From Actinomycetota bacterium (lineage in GTDB: Bacteria > Actinomycetota > Thermoleophilia > Gaiellales > Gaiellaceae): DNA of 64,000 nucleotides. Below are positions 1-8,299 of the stretch, piece by piece. The notes under the pieces were generated by a model. The model had not been told where the DNA came from. It ran no database searches and saw only the letters and a program-made list of their open reading frames with translations. The stretch is taken from assembly GCA_039648875.1 (NCBI GenBank), contig JBBWZD010000131.1:23570-87569 (forward strand). Direction: 5' to 3'. Within the stretch, counting starts at the first letter, position 1; every line of letters begins with the position of its first letter. Made by a program: the position numbers and the translations under genes.

Positions 1-876
1 CAGCAACTCGCCGCCGCCGAAGCCGAAGACGTCGCCGCTCATGTTCTCCACGACGCCGAGCAGGCGCATGTTGGTCTTCCGCGCCATCGTGGCGGCGCGC
101 GAGGCCACGTCCTGCGCCAGCCGCTGCGGCGTGGTGACGACGACGACCTCGGCGCGCGGCAGGAGCTGCCCCAGCGAGATCGAGACGTCTCCGGTCCCGG
201 GCGGCATGTCGACGACGAGCACGTCGAGCGCTCCCCAGTGCACGTCGGTGAGGAACTGCTCGAGCGCGCGGTGCAGCATCGGTCCGCGCCACATCACCGG
301 CTCGTTTCCGTCGAGGAAGAAGCCGATCGACATCAGCTTGAGGTCGCCCTTCACCGGCGGCACGATCAGGTCGTCGACGGCGACCGGCTTCTGGTGGATG
401 CCGAGGATGTGCGGGATCGAATGGCCGTAGACGTCGGCGTCGAGGATGCCGGTGCGGCGTCCGAGCTGCGAGAACGCGACGGCGAGGTTCGCCGACAGCG
501 TCGACTTGCCGACGCCGCCCTTGCCGCTCGCGACCGCGATCACGCGGGTGCTGCGGTCGAGGCGGATCGTGGCCTCGCCCGCCGGCGCGCCGCCGCGCAG
601 CTTCGTGGTCAGCGCCTGCCGCTCGTCCGGCGTCATCACCGCGAAGGACAGCGCGACGCCCGTCACGCCGGGCACGGCCGCAAGTGCTCGGCCGACCTGC
701 TCCTCGAAGGAGTGGCGGAGCGGGCAGCCGGCGACGGTGAGGACGATCGTGAGCGAGACGATGCCGCCCTCGGCCCGCACGTCGCGCACCATGTTCAGCT
801 CGGTGACGGGCCGCTGCAGCTCGGGGTCGATCACCTGCTCGAGCGCGGCGAGGATCGCGTCGCGGCTGGCCTCCAT
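1..876 (-). CDS. Mrp/ApbC-type Fe-S cluster carrier ATPase (partial; C-terminus runs off the window start)
   Basis: Absent from the ORF track because it is open at position 1. The reverse complement from ATG (874-876) reads MEASRDAILAALEQVIDPELQRPVTELNMV (DUF59-like N-domain). The reverse complement of 501-530 reads ASGKGGVGKS (Mrp/ParA-type Walker A). Confidence 0.8.
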   Translation of the reverse strand, partial: MEASRDAILAALEQVIDPELQRPVTELNMVRDVRAEGGIVSLTIVLTVAGCPLRHSFEEQVGRALAAVPGVTGVALSFAVMTPDERQALTTKLRGGAPAGEATIRLDRSTRVIAVASGKGGVGKSTLSANLAVAFSQLGRRTGILDADVYGHSIPHILGIHQKPVAVDDLIVPPVKGDLKLMSIGFFLDGNEPVMWRGPMLHRALEQFLTDVHWGALDVLVVDMPPGTGDVSISLGQLLPRAEVVVVTTPQRLAQDVASRAATMARKTNMRLLGVVENMSGDVFGFGGGELL

Positions 877-931
877 CTCGCTCCGAGCGTAGCTCACGGA
901 GGTAGCGTGGGCGGCCGGTGACCCGGTTCGG

Positions 932-1831
932 CTACACGAGCCGCGCGAGCCTGCGGGCGGCAGCGGCGAGCGGCCGCGGCTCCTCGAGCACCGGGGCGAA
1001 GAGGTCGCCGTGGCGCTCGATCCGCTCGAGCACGACCTCCATCGTGAAGTCGCGGGGCCGGACGCCCGGCGTCAGCTCCTCCCAGAGCAGCGGCGTCGAG
1101 ACGGGCGCTCTCGGCTTCGGCCGCACCGAGTAGACGGAGGCGATCGTCTTGCCCGAGCCGTTCTGCCGGTGGTCGGCGAGCACTCCGGCGCGCTTCCGCT
1201 TCAGCCATTCCGTCGTCACCTTGCCGGGGTGCCGCTGCTCGAGCAGGCGCGAGGCCGCGGCGGCGAAGTCGTACGCGTCCTCGAAGCTCGCCCGCCGCTG
1301 GATCGGCGCCAGCACGTGGATCCCGTCGGCGCCGCTCGTCTTCACCCACCCGGGCAGCTCGAGCTCGTCGAGCAGGCCGCGGACCAGGTGCGCCACCTCG
1401 ATCGCGAGCTCGAAGCCGCCGGGCTCGTCCGGCGGGTCGAGGTCGAAGACGACGAAGTCGGGCCGGTCGGGCCGGTCGACCCGCGAGTACCAGGCGTTCA
1501 TGTCGACGCAGTTGTTCTGCACCATGAAGAGCACCGCCTCCGGCGAATTCACGAGCGCAAAGTCGACGAGACGCGAGCCTCCCTCGCGCGGATGCGTCCG
1601 GAACTGGCGGGTCGGGATCCACGGCGGTAGGTGCTTCGGCGCCTGCTTCTGGAAGAACACCTCGCCGGTGATGCCGTGCGGGTAGCGCTTCATCGTGAAG
1701 GGCCGGTTGCGGAGGTGCGGCACGAGCACCGGCGCCACGCGCTCGTAGTAGGCGAACAGGTCGCCCTTCGTGATCCCGTCCTCGGGGAAGAGGACGCGGT
1801 CGGGACTCGTCAGGCGGACGTCGTGCGCCAC
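932..1831 (-). CDS. Stand-alone LigD-type polymerase/primase domain (NHEJ PolDom)
   Basis: 299-aa ORF with PolDom-like blocks (FPEDGITKGDL, VVFDLDP, KTSGADGIHV, DHRQNGSGKTIASVYSVRP). No ligase or nuclease domain is fused. Confidence 0.85.
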   Translation of the reverse strand: MAHDVRLTSPDRVLFPEDGITKGDLFAYYERVAPVLVPHLRNRPFTMKRYPHGITGEVFFQKQAPKHLPPWIPTRQFRTHPREGGSRLVDFALVNSPEAVLFMVQNNCVDMNAWYSRVDRPDRPDFVVFDLDPPDEPGGFELAIEVAHLVRGLLDELELPGWVKTSGADGIHVLAPIQRRASFEDAYDFAAAASRLLEQRHPGKVTTEWLKRKRAGVLADHRQNGSGKTIASVYSVRPKPRAPVSTPLLWEELTPGVRPRDFTMEVVLERIERHGDLFAPVLEEPRPLAAAARRLARLV

Positions 1832-1840
1832 CGGGCGACC

Positions 1841-2596
1841 CTAGGGTGCGACCGCCGAGAGGCGGCGCTTCAGCCACAGCGCGTTCCGCACCGCGAACAC
1901 CTCCCAGTCGTTGTTGAAGTAGGCGAAGATCTCGACCTCGCTGCTCCACTGCTCGAGGCGCCGGGCCCACTCTTCCAGCTCTCTCTCGCTGTAGTTGCCC
2001 CGCCGGCCCCGGGAGCCGTAGTGGAAGCGGACGAACGTCCACGGCGCGGTGAACACGTGCGCCTGGAAGGCCTGCACCTCGGGGCGGTCGCCGATCACGA
2101 GCGCGACCCCGTGCTCCCGCAGCACCTCGTACACCGCCTCGTCGAACCAGCTCGGGTGGCGGAACTCGATGCAGTGGCGCTGCGCGCGGGGCAGCCGCGC
2201 GAGGGCTGCCGCCAGCCGCTCGTCGTCCCGGCGGAAGGTGGGCGGCAGCTGCCACAGCAGCGGCCCCATCTTCGGGCTCGCGAGCAGCGGCTCGAGCCGC
2301 TCGTAGAAACGCTCGAGGCCCGGCCCGAGGTCGTTCAAGCGCTTGACGTGCGTGAGGTAGCGCGACGCCTTCACCGCGAACAGGAAGCCGGGCGGCGCGA
2401 GGCGCTCCCAGTTGGCGACGGCGTTGCGGTTCGGCAGCCGGTAGAAGGTGTTGTTGACCTCGACGGTCTCGAAGTGCCGCGCGTAGTGCTCGAGCCAGGC
2501 GCCGGCCGGCCGGCCACCGTAGAACTCGTGCTTCCAGCTCGCGTAGTTCCAGCCGGAGCAGCCTATGCGGATAGCGCCACGGCGACCTGTCGGCAC
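1841..2596 (-). CDS. DUF72 (YecE-like) family protein
   Basis: C-terminal 250 aa of ORF 1841..2980: IRIGCSGWNYASWKHEFY, VEVNNTFYRLP, FLFAVKASRYLTH, PLLWQLPP, IEFRHPSWF. Start set at GTG 2596, just before the family-typical IRIGxxGW N-terminus. The start is uncertain. Confidence 0.75.
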   Translation of the reverse strand: MPTGRRGAIRIGCSGWNYASWKHEFYGGRPAGAWLEHYARHFETVEVNNTFYRLPNRNAVANWERLAPPGFLFAVKASRYLTHVKRLNDLGPGLERFYERLEPLLASPKMGPLLWQLPPTFRRDDERLAAALARLPRAQRHCIEFRHPSWFDEAVYEVLREHGVALVIGDRPEVQAFQAHVFTAPWTFVRFHYGSRGRRGNYSERELEEWARRLEQWSSEVEIFAYFNNDWEVFAVRNALWLKRRLSAVAP

Positions 2597-3351
2597 AGGT
2601 CGCCGTTTCCCGCTGCGGCGACGCGCGAACGTCCCTGGAGGTCGAGCTCGGCCTCGCCGAATCGGCGCGGGTCGTCGAACAGCTCGATCGCGAGGCCCAC
2701 CTCGCGGCAGAGGAGCTGCGCGGCGGCGATGTCGACCGACCGGGCCGGCTTGAGCGAGCAGACGCCGTCGACTCGTCCTGCCGCGAGGTGGCAGAGCGAC
2801 AGGGCGAGCGAGCCCATGACGCGCAGCCGGTAGGCCAGCTCCGCGACGGCGGGCGCCTGCGCGGCGATCAGGGAGGTGCGCGTCGCCTCGAAGCAGAGGA
2901 TCTCGATCTGCTCCTTCGGCCGGACGGCGCCGAGCGGGTCTCCGTTCAGCGTGGCGCCCCCACCGCGGCGCCCGACCCATTCCTCCCCGGAGCCGAAGTC
3001 GTAGACGTAGCCGAAGACGACGTCCTCCATCGTCTCCCCGTCGGCGACCGCGATCGAGACGCTGAAGAAGGGGATGCCGCGCTTCGCGTTCAGGGAGCCG
3101 TCGATCGGGTCGACGACCACGAGCGGCAGCCCGCTGCCGCTGCGACCGGCCTCCTCGGAGACGACCGACACGTCGAGCTCGCGCAAGCGGGCGAGGATCG
3201 CCGCCTCTGCCGCCGCGTCGACGGCGGTCGTCTCGTCGCCGCCGAGGCCCTGCCCGACCACCGGCTCGCGCTCGGCCCGCGTCGGCAGCTCGTCGAGCAC
3301 CGCGCGGACATCCTCCACCGCCGCGCGGCAGACGGCGAGCCAGTCGGTCAC
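2563..3351 (-). CDS. Inositol monophosphatase / FBPase family protein
   Basis: C-terminal part of ORF 2563..4161: VVSEEAG, VVVDPIDGSLNAKRGIPFFSVSIAV. GTG start at 3351 forms a GTGA overlap with the upstream stop. Confidence 0.8.
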   Translation of the reverse strand: MTDWLAVCRAAVEDVRAVLDELPTRAEREPVVGQGLGGDETTAVDAAAEAAILARLRELDVSVVSEEAGRSGSGLPLVVVDPIDGSLNAKRGIPFFSVSIAVADGETMEDVVFGYVYDFGSGEEWVGRRGGGATLNGDPLGAVRPKEQIEILCFEATRTSLIAAQAPAVAELAYRLRVMGSLALSLCHLAAGRVDGVCSLKPARSVDIAAAQLLCREVGLAIELFDDPRRFGEAELDLQGRSRVAAAGNGDLCRQVAVALSA

Positions 3352-4403
3352 AGCGGGAAGAACAGCAGCCCGCTCGTGAGCTTCGGGTAGAAGAACGTGC
3401 TCTTCTGGGGCATGACGTCCCCGCGCTGGGCGACCTCCCACACGTCCTCGATACGCGTCGGCCGCAGCAGGAAGGCGGCCTCCGCGTCGCCCCTGTCGAC
3501 GGCGGCCGTCGCCTCGAGGGCGTCCGGCGTGTACGTCACTCCCTGCGGAGCGAGCGCGTCCACGAGCTCCGGGTCGAGCCCGTCGCCGGCCAGCAGCTCG
3601 TAGCGGCCACGCCGGTAGAGGACGAGCCCGGGGAGGTCGTCCCCCGGCGGGTCGATCGGCGTACCCCTCACCCCGTTCACCGACTGCGCGACGCGATGGG
3701 TCGGGAAGATCGTCAGGCCCTCCTGGTCGGTGGGGACGATCACCGCCAGCAGCCACGCGCTCTCCTCCGACCCGTCCTCCTGATGGAAGGCCAGGGTCGT
3801 CTCGTAGCGGTGGTGCCCGTCGGCGATGAGGAGCTGTGCGTCGCGCAGCTCCTCCGTCAGGGCGTTGCCGAACTCCCGCTCGAGTCGCCAGAGTCGGGCG
3901 GTCACGCCCCCCTCGGCGGCCGCGAGCTCCGGCTCGCCGAGTCCCTCGACGTCGATCGCGCCCTCCCAGAGCAGGAAGATCGGCTCGAGCAGCGTGCGCG
4001 TGGCCCGCAGCAGGCGCAGGCGTCCCTCCTTCGGCCCTGCGTGCGTCCGCTCGTGCGGCAGGACGACCCGCCGCTCGTACTGCTCCGCGCGCAGCGCGGC
4101 GACGAAGCCCCGGCGGGTACGCGCGACGCCGTCGGGGCCGACGTAGTCCTGCGACAGCCACCAGTACGAAGGCTCCGACTCCTGCCGGAGGACTCCCTGC
4201 TCGCGCCAGGCGGCGAGATCACGGGCGGCGTCGCGCTCGCTCTCCGGTAGCGTCAGGTGGATGACGTTGTACGGGCTGCGCGCGAGGTAGTCCGCCCGCT
4301 GCTGCGGGGAGACGACGTCGTACGGCGGCGCGACGAGCTGCGCGAGAGGGCCCGCGACAGCCTCGTCGTAGCGGAGCGCGCGGAACGGGCGAACGGTCGC
4401 CAC
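3348..4403 (-). CDS. DUF1015 family protein
   Basis: VATVRPFRALRY... LPHERTH, LIADGHHRYET, MPQKSTFFYPKL are family-typical. GTG start at 4403. Confidence 0.8.
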   Translation of the reverse strand: MATVRPFRALRYDEAVAGPLAQLVAPPYDVVSPQQRADYLARSPYNVIHLTLPESERDAARDLAAWREQGVLRQESEPSYWWLSQDYVGPDGVARTRRGFVAALRAEQYERRVVLPHERTHAGPKEGRLRLLRATRTLLEPIFLLWEGAIDVEGLGEPELAAAEGGVTARLWRLEREFGNALTEELRDAQLLIADGHHRYETTLAFHQEDGSEESAWLLAVIVPTDQEGLTIFPTHRVAQSVNGVRGTPIDPPGDDLPGLVLYRRGRYELLAGDGLDPELVDALAPQGVTYTPDALEATAAVDRGDAEAAFLLRPTRIEDVWEVAQRGDVMPQKSTFFYPKLTSGLLFFPL

Positions 4404-4921
4404 GGAGCTGAACGTACCAGCACGATGCCCCGCAGAGCGGCGACTGCGAGTGCACGCCCGAGCCGGGCGAGCTCGAGCCCCGAGCGGCGCAGCAGCCGCT
4501 CCGCCGGCGGCGTCGCGACCCTCGCTCCCTCGGCGGCCAGCGAGGCGATCGCGGCGGCCGCGGCGGCCACCCGGCGTGCGACGGGGGCAGATGCGGCGCC
4601 CGCCACGGCGATGCGGCGGCGTGCGTCGAGACGCCGCCGCGCGCGAGGAGCCTTCGGCGCCGGCTCCGGACGCTCGACGACGAGCAGACGCTCCGCCGGC
4701 ACGACCCACTCGACCGACGCGGCGGGAACGCGGCGCGTGCCCAGGAAGCGCTTCCTGACGAGGATCGCGCCGGGCACGTACGGGTCGCCGCCCGGAAGGA
4801 CCTCCCGGACGACGCCGCTCGCGCCGCCCCTCACTTCGAAGCCCTCGCAGCGGCCGAGCCAGTAGCGGAGCACGTTGCTCGAGCGATCGAATCGCGCAGC
4901 CTCCCGCACACGCGCCCGCAT
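4253..4921 (-). CDS. Hypothetical protein, PRC-barrel-like N-terminal region, Arg/Ala-rich tail
   Basis: The ATG at 4921 opens MRARVREAARFDRSSNVLRYWLGRCEGFEVRGGASGVVREVL...VEWVVPAERLLVVE. The last ~150 nt overlap the DUF1015 start in another frame, so the 3' end is doubtful. Confidence 0.45.
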   Translation of the reverse strand: MRARVREAARFDRSSNVLRYWLGRCEGFEVRGGASGVVREVLPGGDPYVPGAILVRKRFLGTRRVPAASVEWVVPAERLLVVERPEPAPKAPRARRRLDARRRIAVAGAASAPVARRVAAAAAAIASLAAEGARVATPPAERLLRRSGLELARLGRALAVAALRGIVLVRSAPWRPFARSARSATTRLSRALSRSSSRRRTTSSPRSSGRTTSRAARTTSST

Positions 4922-5002
4922 GTCCACCTCCCGACGTGGGCCAACCTTCTCAGCCGCGCTTTCCGCTCCCCGGCGACTCCAAACGCGTTCGGCCGGGCGT
5001 CC

Positions 5003-5008
5003 TAGACT
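5003..5008 (+). promoter_or_regulatory. -10-like hexamer TAGACT (TANNNT), ends 7 nt before GTG 5015
   Basis: Motif and spacing only. Implies a leaderless transcript for the YhaM-like gene. Confidence 0.4.
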
Positions 5009-5014
5009 CCCTCC

Positions 5015-5845
5015 GTGACCGCGATCGCCCAGCTCGAGGAGAATCGGACCGTCGAGGGGGTGTACGCGGTCGCGAAGAAGGAGCGCTTGCGCACGCGCGG
5101 CGGCGCGGCGTACCTCGCGCTCGAGCTCGTCGACCCGAGCGGCCGCATCGGCGCGCGGGTCTGGAACGACGTCGAGCTGCTCGACGGCCGCTTCGCGGAG
5201 GGCGACGCCATCCGCGTGCTCGGACGGGTGGAGCGCTTCCGCGACCGGCTCCAGCTCGAGGTACGGGCGCTCGAGCCGGCGGAGGACGCCGACCCGGCCG
5301 CGATGGCCCCGGCGCTGCGGCGTGACGCCGACGAGCTCGAGGGCTTCCTCGAGTTCCTCTCCGCCGAGGTCTCGCACGTCGGCCTGCGCGCCGCGGTCGG
5401 CGACACGCTGAACGCGGACACCCGTACCGCGATGAGGTCGCTGCCCGCGACGGTCGACGGCCACCACTCCTACGCGGGCGGGCTCCTGGAGCACACGGTC
5501 GGCGTCGCGACGCTCTGCCGCGAGACGGCGCAGTTGCACCAGCGCCTGCGCGGCGACCTGCTGCTGGCGGCCGCGCTCCTCCACGACGTCGGCCGGACGC
5601 GCGAGCTCGGCCGCGGCCCCGTGTTCCGGCCGACCGACGAAGGCCGGCTGCTCGGGCACGTGCACCTCGGCCTCCGCCTGATCGAGGACAGTGCGGCAAA
5701 GCTCGACCCCGCGGTGCGGGCGGAGCTGCTGCACGCCGTCGCTTGCCACCACGACGCCCGCGCAGCGCGGACCGCCGAGGCCGCCGTTCTCTACCACGCG
5801 AATCAGCTCGACGCGGTCGCCGCGACGCGTCCTGTCGGGGACTGA
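5015..5845 (+). CDS. OB-fold + HD-domain 3'-5' exoribonuclease, YhaM-like
   Basis: N-terminal OB-like region (VEGVYAVAKKERLRTRGGAAYLALELVDPSGRIGARVW) followed by an HD domain (HHSYAGGLLEHT, LLHDVGR, ACHHD). Confidence 0.7.
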   Translation: MTAIAQLEENRTVEGVYAVAKKERLRTRGGAAYLALELVDPSGRIGARVWNDVELLDGRFAEGDAIRVLGRVERFRDRLQLEVRALEPAEDADPAAMAPALRRDADELEGFLEFLSAEVSHVGLRAAVGDTLNADTRTAMRSLPATVDGHHSYAGGLLEHTVGVATLCRETAQLHQRLRGDLLLAAALLHDVGRTRELGRGPVFRPTDEGRLLGHVHLGLRLIEDSAAKLDPAVRAELLHAVACHHDARAARTAEAAVLYHANQLDAVAATRPVGD

Positions 5846-5854
5846 CGCCGCGGC

Positions 5855-6694
5855 GTGACGGCGATTCTGCTCGCGCTCGGCGCGAGCCTCACCTGGGGCT
5901 TCGCCGACTTCGGCGCCGGCCTCGGCGCCCGCCGCCTGCCCGTCTCCCTCGTCGTCGCCGCCTCCCAGACGGCCGGGCTCGTCCTCGTGGCGCTCGTCGT
6001 GGCGGCCGCAGGGGCGCGAATCCCGTCCGCCCCCCACCTCGCGTGGGGCGCGGCGGCGGGCGTGTCAGGCGTGCTCGGCCTGGCGGCGTTCTACCGCGCC
6101 CTCGCGGTCGGGACGATGGGCATCGTCGGTCCGATCACCGCGACGGCGGCGATCGTTCCGCTCTGCTACGGGCTCGCCCGCGGCGAGCGGCCGTCGCCTC
6201 TGCAGGCGGCGGGGCTGGCGCTCGCCATTGTGGGCGTCGTGGGCGCTTCGCGGGAGCCCGCTCCCGCCCGCGGCACCGGCCGGCTCGCTCCGGGAGTGGG
6301 GCTCGCGCTGGTCGCAGCGGCGGGCTTCGGCTGCACGCTCGTCGGCGTGGGCAGGGCCGCGGGCGGGGGCGCGCTGTGGGCGACGCTCTCGATGCGAGCG
6401 GCGGGCGCCCCGCTCGCGGCGCTCGCCGCGCTGGCGTTGAGGCCGCGACCGGCCGCGCCGCCGCGCGCATGGTTGCTGCTCGCCGCCGTCGGCCTCGGCG
6501 ACACCGGCGCGACGATCCTCTACGGCCTCGCGTCCACGCGCGGCCTGCTGAGCGTGGTCTCGGTGCTGGCCTCCCTCTACCCGGTCGTCCTGATCGTGCT
6601 CGCCCGGATCCTGCTCGCCGAGCGGCCGGCGCGCGCCCAGCTCGCGGGCCTCTGCGCAGCGCTCGCCGGCGTCGCCCTCATCAGCGCCGGCTAG
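5855..6694 (+). CDS. EamA/DMT-family transporter
   Basis: 279 aa with about 10 hydrophobic helices and duplicated EamA-like halves. Confidence 0.75.
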   Translation: MTAILLALGASLTWGFADFGAGLGARRLPVSLVVAASQTAGLVLVALVVAAAGARIPSAPHLAWGAAAGVSGVLGLAAFYRALAVGTMGIVGPITATAAIVPLCYGLARGERPSPLQAAGLALAIVGVVGASREPAPARGTGRLAPGVGLALVAAAGFGCTLVGVGRAAGGGALWATLSMRAAGAPLAALAALALRPRPAAPPRAWLLLAAVGLGDTGATILYGLASTRGLLSVVSVLASLYPVVLIVLARILLAERPARAQLAGLCAALAGVALISAG

Positions 6695-8247
6695 CGCCGC
6701 AGGCCGGACTCCTCGTGGTCGAGTTGCCGCTCGAGGTGCCGCGCCGCGGTGAAGCCGAGCTCCCCCTCCCGCTCCAGCCGCGCCAGCTCCGCGCGCTCGG
6801 CGGCCAGCAGCTCGCGCCGGAGCCCCACGTAGTCGTCCGCGGCGCTGCCCGCTCCGTCGGCGTCGCGGCGCGCGCCGAGCCGCTCGACGCGGCTCTCGTA
6901 GAGTCCCCGCAGCGCGCCCGCGACCCCGGGACCGACGCGGTCGTCCCGCTCGAGCTCCGCCAGCCGCGCGAGCGCCGCCTCCGTCACGGCGACGCCGGCG
7001 CGCACCTCCGCAGGAGTGACCGCTTCCTCGAGCCCGAAGCCGAGCCGCGCGAGCAGCCACGGGAACGGAATGCCCAGCACGACGAGCCCGGCGAGGATCG
7101 TCGTGAAGGTGAGGAAGAGGATCTCCTCGCGATGGGCCACGGCCGCCGGGATGGAGAGGGCCGCCGCCAGCGAGAGGGCGCCGCGCATCCCGCTCCAGCC
7201 GAGCAGGAAGCGGTCCTGCCACGGGTCGATCTCCGCCCACTGCCGGCTCCGCCCCACCTGCGCGACGACGTGGGGGACCGTGAACATCCACGCCAGCCGC
7301 ACCACGGTGACGACGCCGAAGACGAGCAGCGCGTCGCGCGCCAGCACCCACGGCGAATAGTGGCCGAGGCCCTTGAGCACGGCGCGGAACTGCGTGCCGA
7401 GGAGGACGAAGAGCACCGAGCTGAGGACGAAGGTGAGGACGTCCCACACCGCGACCGACTGGAGGCGCACCTCGGGTCGGAAGATCCCGCCCGAGCGCCA
7501 GCCGAGGAAGACGCCGCACGCGACGGTCGCCAGGATCCCCGAGAGGTGCGCCCGCTCGGCCGGGATGTAGGCCAGGTACGGCGTCAGCAGCGAGACGGAG
7601 ATCTCGATCTTCGGGTCGCGCATGTGCCTGCGGATGCGCTCGAGCACGAGCCCCAGCACGACGCCGAAGGCGATGCCGCCGATCGAGAGCTGGACGAACT
7701 TCAGCAGCCCGTCCGCGACCGAGAAGCTTCCCCGCTCGGCGGCGGTGAGCGCGATCGAGAACGCGACGAGCCCGACGCCGTCGTTGACGAGGCTCTCGGC
7801 CTCGAGGATCGTGCGCAGCCGCTCGGGCGCGGAGCTCGAGCCGATGACGGTCGTCGCGCTGATCGGGTCCGTCGGCCCGAGGACGGCTCCGAGGACGAAC
7901 GCGCCGCCGGCGCCGAGCGCCCCGACCGCGGCCCACGCGGCGCCGCCGACGGCGAAGAGGGTCGCGGCCGTGAGGCCGACGGCCAGCAGCAGGATCGAGA
8001 GCCAGTTCGCGCGCACCTCCCGCGGCGCGGTCAGGAACGCTGCCGCGTAGAGCAGCGGCGGCAGGAAGCCGAAGAAGACGACGTCCGGCGGCAGCCGGAT
8101 CGCCTCGATGCCCGGCGTGCCGCTGACGGCCAGGCCCGCGAGGACGAGGAAGCAGGGCGCCGGCACCCTGGTCCGGCGCGAGAGCGCCGAGCTGGCGAGC
8201 ACGGCCGCGGCGACCGCGAGTGCGACGATCAAGGGCGCGCGGATCAC
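6691..8247 (-). CDS. Na+/H+ antiporter (CPA1/NhaP-type) with cytoplasmic C-terminal domain
   Basis: 518 aa. Contains GAVLGPTDPI and ESLVNDGVGLV, characteristic of Na+/H+ exchangers. Confidence 0.8.
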   Translation of the reverse strand: MIRAPLIVALAVAAAVLASSALSRRTRVPAPCFLVLAGLAVSGTPGIEAIRLPPDVVFFGFLPPLLYAAAFLTAPREVRANWLSILLLAVGLTAATLFAVGGAAWAAVGALGAGGAFVLGAVLGPTDPISATTVIGSSSAPERLRTILEAESLVNDGVGLVAFSIALTAAERGSFSVADGLLKFVQLSIGGIAFGVVLGLVLERIRRHMRDPKIEISVSLLTPYLAYIPAERAHLSGILATVACGVFLGWRSGGIFRPEVRLQSVAVWDVLTFVLSSVLFVLLGTQFRAVLKGLGHYSPWVLARDALLVFGVVTVVRLAWMFTVPHVVAQVGRSRQWAEIDPWQDRFLLGWSGMRGALSLAAALSIPAAVAHREEILFLTFTTILAGLVVLGIPFPWLLARLGFGLEEAVTPAEVRAGVAVTEAALARLAELERDDRVGPGVAGALRGLYESRVERLGARRDADGAGSAADDYVGLRRELLAAERAELARLEREGELGFTAARHLERQLDHEESGLRR

Positions 8248-8299
8248 GCGCGTGATTGTGACGATGCGTCTCCTGCCGCAGAGCCCCGGGGCGCCGGCG

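Noticed and set aside
41-921. Plus-strand ORFs 41..430, 238..921 and 446..892 at the window start.
   Set aside because: They are antisense to a well-supported Mrp/ApbC gene that is open at the window edge. Their sequences are low-complexity and motif-free.
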